Origin: Candidatus Versatilivorator sp.
GTDB taxonomy: Bacteria > Acidobacteriota > Terriglobia > Versatilivoradales > Versatilivoraceae
Length of the DNA: 64,000 nucleotides
Direction of reading: 5' to 3'
Assembly (NCBI GenBank): GCA_965207735.1
Contig: OZ242296.1
Span: 5,088,001-5,152,000, forward strand
Shown here: in pieces, positions 18,683 through 31,511 of the stretch
How positions within the stretch are numbered: the stretch's first letter is position 1
Layout of the letters: each line of letters begins with the position of its first letter
Program-made: the position numbers and the translations under genes
Notes under the pieces: generated by a model
Told to the model about the DNA's origin: nothing
Database searches by the model: none
The model's input: only the letters and a program-made list of their open reading frames with translations

Positions 18683-20179
18683 CTACGCCCCGTGCCCTGG
18701 ATAGGTCAGGTTCTCCTCCAGGGGATAGAGGGATCGCCGTACGTTTCGGTAGCTGAAGTGGGCTGGGTTGGCGCTGGTGGACCCGGACGTGTCCACCAGA
18801 ATGGTGCGGTGGGCGATGGGTTCATAGGCTGCCCGGGGGGCGACCACTCCCTTGACCACCAGGATCTTCTTCTTTTCGGGCCTGAGCCCCAGGGCCCAGA
18901 GCTGCTCGAGGCTTCGGGGGGCCATTCGAATACTGGTCAGCACCAGGGTATTTTGGCGCGGCGTTTCCAGCACCGCCGTCACTCCCTGATCGAAGACCCC
19001 GTGGCCGCCGTGCCGCGGACGGCTTTCGGTGGAGCATCCGTCGGCGATGGATCGGATACTGCCCTTGACCCGCAGGGGACGGCCGTGCAGAGTGTCGCTC
19101 TTGGCGCCCACTGTCAACTCGATCGACTGCCGAACCCCACTTTGCACGCAGGCCGCCACGGCCTCGGGATCGTATAGCGACACCAGGGCCTTCGAGGCCT
19201 GCTGGCGCAGGATTTCCTCCAGCAGGATGGTGGAGTCGCCCGGGCTGCCTCCGCCGACGTTGTCCCCCACATCCAACAGCACAACGGGGCCGCCTGCTTC
19301 CCGGGCGGCGCTGCGCACGGCCTCGGCCGGACCGGGAAGGTCGCTGAGGAACTCCCCGCGGCGCTGCCAGGCTCTTTCCGCCAGCCAGCGGGCCGTCTTG
19401 CGCGCCAAGTCCTGGTCTCCGTCGGCGACGGCCAGAAAGGAGGCTCCCATCTCTTCCACGTCGGAATAGTAAAAACCCATGGCCGTGCTGGCCGAGAGAA
19501 TCCCCGGCCGGCCCAGCACCGACTCGACGTCCCGGTAGAGCTCCCTGGCAGGCGCCTCCTCCGTGTATTGCCGGGTGATGTTGAGCAACAGGGGAGGACG
19601 CTCCAGGGCCTGGACCGGGACTATCTCACCCCGAAGGGTCCGGGCCATCAGGTCGGCCGCCTCCAGGCCGCGCTCTCTCTGGTCCAGGTGGGGGTTGGAC
19701 CGGTAGACCACGATGGCGTCGGTGTTGCGGGCCATCTTGTCGGAGATGTTGGCATGCAGGTCGATGACGGCCAGGATGGGAATACGGGCCCCCAGGATCT
19801 GGCGGAAACGGGCGGCAAGCTCTCCGTCGGCGTCGGGGTAGCTCTCGGACACGGCCGCCCCGTGCAGGGCCACCAGCAGTCCGTCCAGCGGCAGGGCCGC
19901 GCGCAGGGCCTCGGTAAGGTCGGCAGCCAGCTCTTCGAAGGAGTCGCTGGGAATGGGGGCCGAAGGCACACCGTAGGCGGCCAGCAGAGGTACAGGCTCG
20001 AACCCGTATTCCCGGGAGCCTTCCAGGAATCCGCCGAGCTGGTGGTGGGTGCCTTCCCAGCGTTCCAGCAATGCTTTCCCCCGAGTCAGGCTGGTGTCCT
20101 TGAAGTGCTGATAAGGCGTGGGGATGGGGGAGAAGCTGTTGGATTCGTGCAGAAATCCGCCGATTCCGACGCGTTTCAT
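18683..20179 (-). CDS. M81 family metallopeptidase (MlrC-like)
   Basis: HESNSFS, LHGA, DLHANIS, YRSNPHLD, DVGDNVGGG; true start MKRVGIGG at 20179. Confidence 0.9.
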   Translation of the reverse strand: MKRVGIGGFLHESNSFSPIPTPYQHFKDTSLTRGKALLERWEGTHHQLGGFLEGSREYGFEPVPLLAAYGVPSAPIPSDSFEELAADLTEALRAALPLDGLLVALHGAAVSESYPDADGELAARFRQILGARIPILAVIDLHANISDKMARNTDAIVVYRSNPHLDQRERGLEAADLMARTLRGEIVPVQALERPPLLLNITRQYTEEAPARELYRDVESVLGRPGILSASTAMGFYYSDVEEMGASFLAVADGDQDLARKTARWLAERAWQRRGEFLSDLPGPAEAVRSAAREAGGPVVLLDVGDNVGGGSPGDSTILLEEILRQQASKALVSLYDPEAVAACVQSGVRQSIELTVGAKSDTLHGRPLRVKGSIRSIADGCSTESRPRHGGHGVFDQGVTAVLETPRQNTLVLTSIRMAPRSLEQLWALGLRPEKKKILVVKGVVAPRAAYEPIAHRTILVDTSGSTSANPAHFSYRNVRRSLYPLEENLTYPGHGA

Positions 20180-20205
20180 GAAAACTCCCGGGGAAGGCTG
20201 CGGGG

Positions 20206-22563
<2,358 letters not shown>

Positions 22564-22887
22564 GTCGATTGGCTCCTGGAGAAATGGAAACGATGCCCTG
22601 GACCCATGACTCGTGAATCCCGCCTCGGATCGGTTGCGAGGGCCGTGGGGATGGGGTCGGCTGAACCAGGGGGCTCCATACTACTGGATTGCGCACCCGA
22701 CGCCAACCGGGATTGTCCCGTTCGGGCTCCGGATAACTCCGACCACTAGATAACCACCCGGAGGGGGCGGGGCTGTGATAGATTCTGCACTGAACGCAGG
22801 GCGACGCTCGACATCATCCAATGGTCGGGGCGGCCCGGTTGTAGTCAATGGATTGAACCAGAAAGCGATCATGGAGGAGCGTTGCAG

Positions 22888-24075
22888 ATGACCAAGAGAG
22901 ATTTAGTCGCGCTGACGGTTTTGTGTGCTTTCGGTGTCCTGTGCCTGGCCGCCTGTCAACAGGCGCCGGTGGAAGAGCCGGCTCCGGCGGGGCCGCCCTT
23001 CAGCTCCGCCATCGAAGTGGATGACACTCTCTATCTGTCCGGGCAGGTGGGACTGGACCCGGAGACCCGGGAGATGGCCTCGGGAATCGAGGCGGAGACC
23101 AAGGTGACCATGGAGAATCTGAAGCGGGAACTGGAGGCCAAGGGATACGGCTTCTCCGACGTGGTGGCCACCCACGTATGGCTGACCGATATGGAGCAGA
23201 TCGGCCCGATGAGCAAGGTCTATCGCTCATTCCTGGAGCAGGACAAGCTTCCCAGCCGCACCACCGTCGCGGTTTCGGAGCTGGCGTTGGGAGCCGGCGT
23301 GGAAATCGCCATGGTCGCCGTGCGGGGAGAGAAGCAGTACGTCTATCCCGAAGGGACCGAGCCCGGCAAGGCGCCTTACAGTCCCGGCGTGCTGGCGGGG
23401 GACCGCCTCTTTGTGTCGGGTCAGGCCGGGGTCATTCCGGGAACGGCACCACCCAAACTGGTCGAAGGCGACATCAAGGCCCACGTGACCCAAACCCTCA
23501 AGAATATCGAGACGGTGCTGAAGGCAGCCGACATGGATTTCTCCAACGTGGTCTCGACCGAGGTCTTCATGACCAGCGGCGACTATTTCGGACCCATGAG
23601 CGAGACCTACGTTTCCATGGTGCCCGACCCCAAGCCGGCCCGGGTGCCCATTCTGGTCTCGGCCATTCCCCTCGGTTCACCCGTCGAAATCACCATGATC
23701 GCCAGCCGGGAGGAGAAAACGCCGGTGCTGCCTGAAGGCATGGGACCGAGCGGCGCTTACAGCCGCGGCCTCAAGGTGGGCAACACCATGTACATCGCCG
23801 GTGTGTTCAGCGCCAAGGAGACGGTGGAAGAGCGTGTGAACGATTGCCTGGATCGGGTGAAGCAGATCTACGAGGCCGGCGGGTTCGCCATGAGCGACGT
23901 GGTCGAGGCCAGGGTCTACCTCAAGGACTGGGAGGACTATGGCGGCATGAATGCCGCCTATCGGAAGTATTTCCCTGAAAATCCTCCGACCCGGGCCACC
24001 ATGGAAGTTCCCGATTCACCCGGGACGACCAAAATCGGGATGGCCTTCGTGGCCGCCAAGCCCGCGGCGGAATAG
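22888..24075 (+). CDS. Triple-domain RidA/YjgF family lipoprotein
   Basis: LAAC lipobox; three Rid units (LYLSGQ..PSRTTV, LFVSGQ..PARVPI, MYIAG..PTRATM); GGAGGA RBS. Confidence 0.88.
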   Translation: MTKRDLVALTVLCAFGVLCLAACQQAPVEEPAPAGPPFSSAIEVDDTLYLSGQVGLDPETREMASGIEAETKVTMENLKRELEAKGYGFSDVVATHVWLTDMEQIGPMSKVYRSFLEQDKLPSRTTVAVSELALGAGVEIAMVAVRGEKQYVYPEGTEPGKAPYSPGVLAGDRLFVSGQAGVIPGTAPPKLVEGDIKAHVTQTLKNIETVLKAADMDFSNVVSTEVFMTSGDYFGPMSETYVSMVPDPKPARVPILVSAIPLGSPVEITMIASREEKTPVLPEGMGPSGAYSRGLKVGNTMYIAGVFSAKETVEERVNDCLDRVKQIYEAGGFAMSDVVEARVYLKDWEDYGGMNAAYRKYFPENPPTRATMEVPDSPGTTKIGMAFVAAKPAAE

Positions 24076-24167
24076 CCGCGCCCCCGCCCCACACGACGGG
24101 GCGGCTCATAGGGGGCGAAACAGGGGTATTCCAGGCAAGACAAGCTTGAGGGCGAGGACGCTATTGT

Positions 24168-24575
24168 CTACAGGCGCTGAACATCGGGCAAGCTAGCCAT
24201 CTGTCTGTCGAGTGTCAAAACCTGCACGCCGGCGCGAGAGTACTCGTCAGCGATGAGGCGGTCGAAAAGGCCGGCGCCGCCGGATGCTTTCAGCGCGACG
24301 ATGACTGATCGCCCATTCAGCGGTGCGACGAGACCGCTGGTTAGGATGCTCAGTAGACCCGATCGAGCGTCAGCGCCGTTAAGTCCATAATGGTGCTGAA
24401 CGGCCACAAATGTTTCACCGATCACCTGGTTCGAAGCGAAGACCTCGGCGCCATCGCGTTCCACCAAGGCAATCAACTCTCGTTCGTAGCGCTCGTATTC
24501 GCTCGCCGGCGAGCCTGTCAACAGCCGCACCAGCACGGACGTATCAATCCCGTAGCGACGGGTCATAGGGCTCAC
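24168..24575 (-). CDS. PIN domain toxin (VapC-like)
   Basis: GIDTSVLVR, IGE, LFDRLI, LTLD; overlaps the upstream antitoxin gene. Confidence 0.85.
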   Translation of the reverse strand: MSPMTRRYGIDTSVLVRLLTGSPASEYERYERELIALVERDGAEVFASNQVIGETFVAVQHHYGLNGADARSGLLSILTSGLVAPLNGRSVIVALKASGGAGLFDRLIADEYSRAGVQVLTLDRQMASLPDVQRL

Positions 24576-24786
24576 TTCGGAATTTCTCTATGTCGAAGGG
24601 GGGATGTCCCGGTGGAATCTTGTGTCTGAGCGGGGCCAGTTTCGAATAGTCGATCCGCCGCGGCCGCAAAATGAAGCCCTCGGGACTTTCCTGGAGTTCG
24701 AGCCGGTCACCGGGCCCCACGCCCAGCGCAGCCAGCACCCGCGCCGGGAACGTGACCTGTCGCTTGGATGTAATCTTGACTATCAT
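24544..24786 (-). CDS. AbrB/MazE/SpoVT family antitoxin
   Basis: KITSKRQVTFP...LGVGPGDRL; GGAG RBS before ATG 24786. Confidence 0.88.
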   Translation of the reverse strand: MIVKITSKRQVTFPARVLAALGVGPGDRLELQESPEGFILRPRRIDYSKLAPLRHKIPPGHPPFDIEKFRSEPYDPSLRD

Positions 24787-24879
24787 GGCGGTTCTCCTTA
24801 CAAAAAACTTATCAAAGTAAGGCGATGGAATCAAGTATTGCGTCCTTAAGCAAAAAGCCGACAAATACCCCGACAAAAT

Positions 24880-24908
24880 TTGACTGCTGACACCGGCAGG
24901 TATAAAAT
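24880..24908 (+). promoter_or_regulatory. Putative sigma70 promoter of the DUF1553/DUF1501 operon
   Basis: TTGACT-17 nt-TAAAAT. Confidence 0.6.
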
Positions 24909-24979
24909 GCCACTGCCTTTAAAAATATATCCCGTAGTGTTGTTCAGACGCTTGCCGCGGCAAGTGGTTTGGGGGTTGT

Positions 24980-27823
24980 ATGAGCTACCTGGTGGTTCTC
25001 ATTGCTATTGCCGCTCACCTCATGGCTGTCTCTCTCCATGGGGAGGAACAGAAGCCCAGCTTCGAAGCTGACATTCGGCCTATTTTCGAGGCCCACTGCA
25101 ACGCCTGTCACCGGGGTACATCCCCCCAGAGCGGGCTGGTCATGGAGACGGTCGAGGCGCTTCTCAAAGGCGGCGAAAAGGAAGGTCCGTCGGTCATACC
25201 CGGACAGAGCGCCGAGAGTTCTCTTCTGCTCTATTTGAGGGGTGAACGCCAGCCCCAAATGCCCATAGGCGGCGATCCGCTGCCGGCGGAGCAGATCGAC
25301 CTGATCGCCCGCTGGGTCGACCAGCTTTCGCCCGGGCCCGACAACTCGAGCCAGGCGGCGACTGACACGGCCGCTGCTGACGCATCCGCCCATCAGTTCG
25401 AAACAGCCGTCAAGCCTCTCCTGGAGCAGCACTGCTTTACCTGCCATTCCATCCAGAACCACCAGAGTGGATTGGTGCTGGAAACCATGGCCTCCCTGCT
25501 GAAAGGAGGATCCCTGGGCGGTCCGGGAGTCATTCCGGGGAATAGCGCTTCCAGCCCGCTCATCCAGCGGTTGCTCGGCGAGAAGGCTCCCCAGATGCCC
25601 CTGAACGGGGAACCCCTGTCGGAAGAGCAGGTCGAGGCGATTGCGCAGTGGATCGACGAGTTGGAGGTGGCGCCTGTTCAGCAAGAGGCCGCGGCGGAAA
25701 AGCCCGGCTGGCCCTGGACTCCATTGGAAAAGCCGGCCGTTCCCCAGGTCAGTCGGAAGAGTTGGGTCAAGAACCCGATCGATGCCTTTGTGTTGGCCAA
25801 GCTGGAAGAAAAGGGCATGGAGCCGGCGCCTCCCGTAAACAGGCGTCAGTTGCTCCGAAGGCTCTATTTCGATCTGATCGGGTTGCCTCCCACATCCGAG
25901 GAGATGAAGGCCTTTCTCGAAGATGACTCGCCCGACGCCTACTCCAATGCCGTGGAAAGGCTGCTGGCCGACTCCCGCTACGGCGAGCGTTGGGCCCGGC
26001 ACTGGATGGACGTGGTGCGTTACGGCGATTCGGTGGGGGGCGGGTTGGACTATCCCTTGGCCCACATGTGGCGCTACCGGGACTACATCATCCGGGCGTT
26101 CAACCAGGACAAGCCTTACGACCGATTCATCAAGGAGCAGATAGCGGGGGACGCCTTCAGAAATTACGGGGAAGATGGGAGAATTGCCACCGCCTTCCTG
26201 AACCTGCAGGTACAGGTAGAGGGGTCGGGCGATCAGCGGCGTGATTTTCTGACGGATGTGGTGAATACCACCGGGTCGGTGTTTCTGGGAGTCACCCTGG
26301 GATGCGCCCGCTGTCACGACCACAAGTACGACCCCATTACCCACAAGGACTACTACCGCATCGAAGCCTTTTACGCCCCCATGCCCAAACCGCTGCCCCA
26401 GCCGGTGGGGTTCACCCAGTACGAACTCCCCAAGCAGAATCCCGAGCTCTGGGAACGCAAAGCCAAGGAATGGGAGGATCGGCTCAAGAAACGCAAGGAG
26501 TGGGCAGACGAGCTGCGCAAACAGGTCAAGGAAATTACCGATCCGCATCGGATTCTCATGTCGCCGCTGGACCTCAAGGACTGGGTGGTGGCCGACTTGA
26601 GGCGGGTGCCTTTTTCCACCAGCGAGCTGGTGCCCAAGGAGATCAGCAAACAGTTCTCCCTGATCGGGCGACAGAACGCCCGCTTTGCCAACCCCAACGA
26701 TCCCGACCGATACAAGGCCATGGCCTATGTACCCGCGGAACCACTGGGAAGCGTCGGGTATGCGCCAACCACCTTCCTGCTCAAGGGAGGCGACCCCGAG
26801 CTCAAGCAGGAAGTGGTGGAGCCCGGCTTTGTGGTGGCGGCCAGTGGGGACCCCGAGCCGGTGGATCTGAAGGGTTGGAGCGGGAGCCGGCGCAAGAAGC
26901 TGGCCAGTTGGCTGGCGAGCCCGGAGAATCCTCTGACGCCTCGCGTCATGGTGAACCGGATCTGGCAACACCACTTCGGAAAAGGGTTGGTGAAGACACC
27001 CAGCGACATGGGCAAGAACGGCGCGGGCACGGTCCATCCGGAGTTGATCGACTGGCTGGCGGCCGAGTTCATCGAAAAGAGCTGGAGCATCAAGGACATG
27101 CACCGCCTGATGCTGCATTCCAACCTCTTCCGCCAATCCCTGAACAATCCTCGCGCCACCGAATACGAATCTATCGACAGCGCCAATCGCTACCTGTGGC
27201 GGATGCCGCCCATTCGCCTGGAAGCCGAGGTTATTCGCGACAACATCCTGGCGGTGAGCGGCGACCTGAACCTGCTGGCCGGAGGCCCCAGCTTCTTCCC
27301 CGACCTGGAAGACGACATGATGAAGCGCGCCCGGACCTGGTGGGAGCCCGATTCTCAGGAGGAGCGCAACCGGCGAAGCGTCTATATGCTGCAACAGCGG
27401 GTGCTGGTGTCGCCCCTGATCTCGGTTTTCGACGGGCCCAACATCAGCGAGAGCTGCGATGTCCGGGAGGTCACCACCGTAACGCCTCAGGTGTTTGCCC
27501 TGTTCAACAGCAAGTTTGCCCACCAGAAGAGCCACGCCATGGCGGAGCGGATCCTGCAGGAGGTGGGGACGGATCCGGGCCGGCAGGTGGAGCGCGCCTT
27601 CCAGTTGGCCTTGCAGCGGCAGCCGACGCCGGTGGAAAAGATCCGGGGCATGAAGTTCCTGGGAGTTCAAACGGATGTGCCCGGGACCGAGTTGAGTCTT
27701 ACCCAGGCGGCCTATACCCCGGAGAGCGCCGGGAGCCTGCCATCCAATGGCAAGACCGGCAGGTCTCTGTCCGACTTTTGCCTGGCCATGTTCAATCTCA
27801 ATGAGTTTATTTTCCTGCAGTAG
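24980..27823 (+). CDS. Planctomycete cytochrome c (x2) + DUF1549 + DUF1553 (PSD1) protein
   Basis: CNACH, CFTCH, CARCH; WMDVVRYGDS; RVMVNRIWQHHFG; HPELIDWLA. Confidence 0.9.
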   Translation: MSYLVVLIAIAAHLMAVSLHGEEQKPSFEADIRPIFEAHCNACHRGTSPQSGLVMETVEALLKGGEKEGPSVIPGQSAESSLLLYLRGERQPQMPIGGDPLPAEQIDLIARWVDQLSPGPDNSSQAATDTAAADASAHQFETAVKPLLEQHCFTCHSIQNHQSGLVLETMASLLKGGSLGGPGVIPGNSASSPLIQRLLGEKAPQMPLNGEPLSEEQVEAIAQWIDELEVAPVQQEAAAEKPGWPWTPLEKPAVPQVSRKSWVKNPIDAFVLAKLEEKGMEPAPPVNRRQLLRRLYFDLIGLPPTSEEMKAFLEDDSPDAYSNAVERLLADSRYGERWARHWMDVVRYGDSVGGGLDYPLAHMWRYRDYIIRAFNQDKPYDRFIKEQIAGDAFRNYGEDGRIATAFLNLQVQVEGSGDQRRDFLTDVVNTTGSVFLGVTLGCARCHDHKYDPITHKDYYRIEAFYAPMPKPLPQPVGFTQYELPKQNPELWERKAKEWEDRLKKRKEWADELRKQVKEITDPHRILMSPLDLKDWVVADLRRVPFSTSELVPKEISKQFSLIGRQNARFANPNDPDRYKAMAYVPAEPLGSVGYAPTTFLLKGGDPELKQEVVEPGFVVAASGDPEPVDLKGWSGSRRKKLASWLASPENPLTPRVMVNRIWQHHFGKGLVKTPSDMGKNGAGTVHPELIDWLAAEFIEKSWSIKDMHRLMLHSNLFRQSLNNPRATEYESIDSANRYLWRMPPIRLEAEVIRDNILAVSGDLNLLAGGPSFFPDLEDDMMKRARTWWEPDSQEERNRRSVYMLQQRVLVSPLISVFDGPNISESCDVREVTTVTPQVFALFNSKFAHQKSHAMAERILQEVGTDPGRQVERAFQLALQRQPTPVEKIRGMKFLGVQTDVPGTELSLTQAAYTPESAGSLPSNGKTGRSLSDFCLAMFNLNEFIFLQ

Positions 27824-27865
27824 GCGAAGGAGTCCATTCGCAGCCTGCGAAAGAGTGGGGCACCG

Positions 27866-29320
27866 ATGCTGATCAAACCGCAATTCAATCAATGTGGGGA
27901 CGTCGAGGTCCAGGATCCCAGGTCAGGGGACGTGGGGCGCAGGGACTTCCTGTTCCGTATGGGCCGAGGGATCGGAGGGACCGCCCTGTCCTACATGCTG
28001 GCCCGGGATGGCCTGCTGGCCAAGGGGATCCCGGCGGGGAACCCTCTGGCTGCCAAGGCTCCCCATTTTGCTCCCAAGGCCAAGGCCTGCATCTTCCTCT
28101 TCATGGCCGGCGCTCCCAGCCAGATGGACACCTTCGACCCCAAGCCGATTCTGGCCAAGTACCACGGCACGCCCATCACCCGCATTTATGGGAGCCTGGA
28201 GAAGCGGATTTACGTAGGCAGCCCCTTCAAGTTTGCCAAACACGGTCAGTGCGGGATGGAAGTCTCGGAGATTTTTCCTCACCTTTCCACTTGCGTGGAT
28301 GACATTGCCGTGGTGCGTTCCCTGCATACCAACTCCAATAGCCATCCCACCGGGTTTATTCTGATGAACACCGGGGTGCAGGAGCCGGGCGCCGCTCCTT
28401 CCATGGGGTCCTGGCTGGTATATGGCCTCGGCACCGAGAACCAGAACATGCCGGGGTTTGTGGTGCTGCCCGACGGGGGAATCCAGGGCGGGATCGCCAA
28501 CTACTCCAACTCCTATCTGCCCACGGCTTATCAGGGCACGCTGATCAACCCCCAGGGGGTTCCCATCGTGGATCTGAAGCCCCCCAGTGGGGTGACCGTG
28601 AAGCAGCAGAGTGAGACGCTGGGGTTGATCAACGACTACAACCGGGGCTATATCGACTCGGACCCCGGCAACAGCGCTCTGCTGGGCCGGATGAAGAGTT
28701 ACGAGTTGGCCTTCCGCATGCAAATGGCCGTCCCCGATGCCCTGGACGTCGACCGGGAACCCGAAAAGGTCAAGGAGCTATACGGGTTGAACGACAAGAT
28801 CGCCGAGCCCATGGCCCGCCGCTGTCTGATGGCGCGACGCATGGTGGAAAGAGGCGTGCGGTTCGTGCAGATCTATTGCGGAGGCTGGGACTCCCATTCC
28901 GATATCGATGGGGGACATCGGCGCTGTGGTCTCAAAAGCGATCAGCCTGTAGCAGGTTTATTGAAGGACCTGAAGCAGAGAGGCTTGCTGGACGAGACCC
29001 TGGTGGTTTGGGGCGGCGAGTTCGGGCGGACCGCCGACAATCACATGTCCTTCTTCCGGGCCCATCCCGGGCGCGACCACAACGAGAAAGCCATGGTGAC
29101 CTGGTTTGCCGGCGGTGGGATCAAGGGAGGAACGGTGGTTGGCAACACCGACGAAATGGGGATCGAGGCTGCCGAAAACGTCTACCACCTGCATGATCTC
29201 CACGCCACCATCCTGCACCTGATGGGGTTGGATGACATGCGGCTCACCTACTACCACGCGGGCCGCTTCAAGCGCCTCACCGACCTGGGCGGCCGGGTCA
29301 TGAAGGAGATTGTGGCCTAA
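27866..29320 (+). CDS. DUF1501 family protein (Tat)
   Basis: GRRDFL, GAPSQMDTFDPKP, WDSH, GEFGRT, GRDH; usual partner of DUF1553. Confidence 0.92.
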   Translation: MLIKPQFNQCGDVEVQDPRSGDVGRRDFLFRMGRGIGGTALSYMLARDGLLAKGIPAGNPLAAKAPHFAPKAKACIFLFMAGAPSQMDTFDPKPILAKYHGTPITRIYGSLEKRIYVGSPFKFAKHGQCGMEVSEIFPHLSTCVDDIAVVRSLHTNSNSHPTGFILMNTGVQEPGAAPSMGSWLVYGLGTENQNMPGFVVLPDGGIQGGIANYSNSYLPTAYQGTLINPQGVPIVDLKPPSGVTVKQQSETLGLINDYNRGYIDSDPGNSALLGRMKSYELAFRMQMAVPDALDVDREPEKVKELYGLNDKIAEPMARRCLMARRMVERGVRFVQIYCGGWDSHSDIDGGHRRCGLKSDQPVAGLLKDLKQRGLLDETLVVWGGEFGRTADNHMSFFRAHPGRDHNEKAMVTWFAGGGIKGGTVVGNTDEMGIEAAENVYHLHDLHATILHLMGLDDMRLTYYHAGRFKRLTDLGGRVMKEIVA

Positions 29321-29324
29321 ATCT

Positions 29325-30812
29325 TTATTGAGTCGCCCCTGACGCAGGCCGCACCCGTTGCGGGGCTTGGTTTCCCTTGGGAGTTGCCTTCTCGGTCTTG
29401 TCCAGTTGCTGAAAGATGCGGACCTGTTCTCTGGCCTCCTCGATCTTCCCCAGCCTCCTCAACACCTTGGCCAATTGGATGTAGGCCTGCTTTCTCTTGG
29501 GCTCCTGCGCCACCACCTGCCTGAGCAGCTTCAGAGCCTTCTCGAATTCTCCGGACTTCAAATAGATATCGCTTAAATCCTGCAGCGCCGGGACCCCCCC
29601 CTGGTTGAGGCGTATTGCCTCCTCGAACAGGGTGGTTGCCTCCGAGGTCTTCTGCTGATGGGCCAGGACCCTTGCCAAGCCCAGCCTGGCCCCGGCCATC
29701 AGTTCCGGGTCGTCTTGGATCATGGGGAGGAGCTTTCTGAGATGGGTCTCGGCTTCCTGGAAGCGGCCCATGATCTCCAGGTCCAGGCCGCCGTTGTACA
29801 GGACCAGGGGGTAGTTGGGAAACCGCTCCAGCAGTTGGAGCGAGTTATCAAACGCCTTCTGATAGTTCTCGTCCTTGCGATAGGCGCTCAGCAGGAGCAG
29901 GTGCACGTCGGGATCGTCCGGGAAGCGGTCGGTCAACCCCTTGAGGCTTCGTATGGCCTCCGCGTACTCGCCGCCGTCGATCATCACCTTGCTCAGCAGA
30001 AAGATCGCCTTGGGGGCCTCTGGTTGTAGTTCCAAAACCTTGCCGAGGGACCGTTTGGCTTCGGCGAGCTTCTTGGCTTCCAACAGGCCCATGCCCTGAA
30101 GCAGCAGCGCCGGGACCAGGTCCGGCTGGAGCTGAAGAGCCTTGTCCAGCAGTGGCCCCATGCGGTCGATCCGATTGGTTCGAGACAGGGCCAGGGCAAG
30201 CAGGTAGTGGGCTTCGGCCGATCGGGGGAGGCGTTCCACACTCCGGGTCAGGAGGGGCACCGACTCCCGGTAGAGATTCCTCTCTGTCAGCAGCCGGCAC
30301 ACCGACAACAGGGATTCCGGGTCGGCCTGGGATGCCTGTTCCATTTTGGCGGCGATCTGCAGAGCCTGGCTGGTCTGGCCGGTTTCAAGCAGGGCCTGGC
30401 ACAGGTAGTAGAGGGCCTCGGGAATGGCATCAATCCGGGGTTGGAGAGGCTGCAGCGAATCGACGCATTGAGTGTATTTCTTGCCCTTGCAGTAGACGAT
30501 GCCCAGCCTGATCCTGGAGAATTCGAGCCCGGGACTGAGGATCAGCGACTCCCGATAGGCCTGCTCGGCCTGGTTCAGCTTGCCCTGGTTTTCACAAATG
30601 AAACCCAAAAGACGATAGGCGTCAGGGGAGGGCTGATCGGACAGGAGGGAGCGGATCGACTCTTCCGCCTCGGCCAGTCTGCCGGCCTGGGCCTGCTCCA
30701 CCGCCTGGCGGAAACGCGGGTCCATGCCTTGAGCAGCTTGGGAGGCCTGCACCAGCAGGAAACCACACAGGCTAAGGAGTCCAATGGCAATTTTTGCGTG
30801 GAGGGAATTCAC
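29325..30812 (-). CDS. Secreted tetratricopeptide repeat protein
   Basis: Signal peptide followed by many TPR units. Confidence 0.85.
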   Translation of the reverse strand: MNSLHAKIAIGLLSLCGFLLVQASQAAQGMDPRFRQAVEQAQAGRLAEAEESIRSLLSDQPSPDAYRLLGFICENQGKLNQAEQAYRESLILSPGLEFSRIRLGIVYCKGKKYTQCVDSLQPLQPRIDAIPEALYYLCQALLETGQTSQALQIAAKMEQASQADPESLLSVCRLLTERNLYRESVPLLTRSVERLPRSAEAHYLLALALSRTNRIDRMGPLLDKALQLQPDLVPALLLQGMGLLEAKKLAEAKRSLGKVLELQPEAPKAIFLLSKVMIDGGEYAEAIRSLKGLTDRFPDDPDVHLLLLSAYRKDENYQKAFDNSLQLLERFPNYPLVLYNGGLDLEIMGRFQEAETHLRKLLPMIQDDPELMAGARLGLARVLAHQQKTSEATTLFEEAIRLNQGGVPALQDLSDIYLKSGEFEKALKLLRQVVAQEPKRKQAYIQLAKVLRRLGKIEEAREQVRIFQQLDKTEKATPKGNQAPQRVRPASGATQ

Positions 30813-30886
30813 GAGTGTCGAGTCAGAGTGTGAGACCTGAATTCATGGGATCGCCTTCAAATATTAGCATGGGGTCGAGCTTCTTG

Positions 30887-31087
30887 ATCCTGCGCATCCT
30901 GTCTATCCATGTATTTTCATTAACATGGATGCACAGGAACTACAGGATTTGGTTTTGGGAGGTTTTGGGAGTCCGGCGTCGTGTATGTCCGTTAATCCGC
31001 AGGGCGTCGTCGGATCATCTTCTGAGTGAGCGTCGTGTGCACCGGCTTCACGTTCTGCCAATCCTGTGCATCCTGTCCATCCATGTT
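30887..31087. repeat. Family C element, divergent copy (30922-31087) plus an extra half-arm (30887-30912)
   Basis: AACATGGATGCACAGGA...ATCCTGTGCATCCTGTCCATCCATGTT. Confidence 0.75.
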
Positions 31088-31271
31088 CTTAATCATGGAA
31101 AGAATATTCGATCCCTTTCCGGCCCGGCTTTTGCGATTTCCCTTCAAGGGATCAGTCCCCCCCGGGAGCGCGGGCGTCCCGCCCGCATCCTCGGCCTTTC
31201 GAGTTGAAAGTCGTGCTTCCCTCACAGAGGGGGACAGAGTATGTGTTAAACTATAGGCAACGGAAAATACC

Positions 31272-31511
31272 ATGACCGCCGCCGTATTCGACACCTTGAA
31301 AGCCAGCCGTAAACTCAAGGCCGCCGGCATCGACCAAGCGCACACCGAAGCCATTGTCCAGTCAATGGCCGAGGCCTTCGACGACTCCGTCGCCACCAAG
31401 GCCGACCTCAAGGCCGCCATCGCCGAGGTCAAAGCCGACATGCTCAAGACCGCCATCGCCGTCGTGGTCGCCAACGTCAGTCTCACCGTCGCTCTGATCA
31501 AACTGCTATAG
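31272..31511 (+). CDS. Small DUF1640/CCDC90-like coiled-coil membrane protein
   Basis: FDTLKASRKLKAAG...AIV...ATKADL and a C-terminal hydrophobic helix. Confidence 0.8.
   Translation: MTAAVFDTLKASRKLKAAGIDQAHTEAIVQSMAEAFDDSVATKADLKAAIAEVKADMLKTAIAVVVANVSLTVALIKLL

Noticed and set aside
22564-22880. Possible riboswitch in the divergent intergenic region
   Set aside because: Only short GC hairpins; no riboswitch consensus recognised.
24944-27892. 982-aa antisense ORF, and similar long antisense ORFs (473-1909, 35058-36626, 36627-38414, 39907-41652, 59100-60947)
   Set aside because: Shadow ORFs opposite motif-supported genes, expected from high-GC codon bias; no recognisable motifs.
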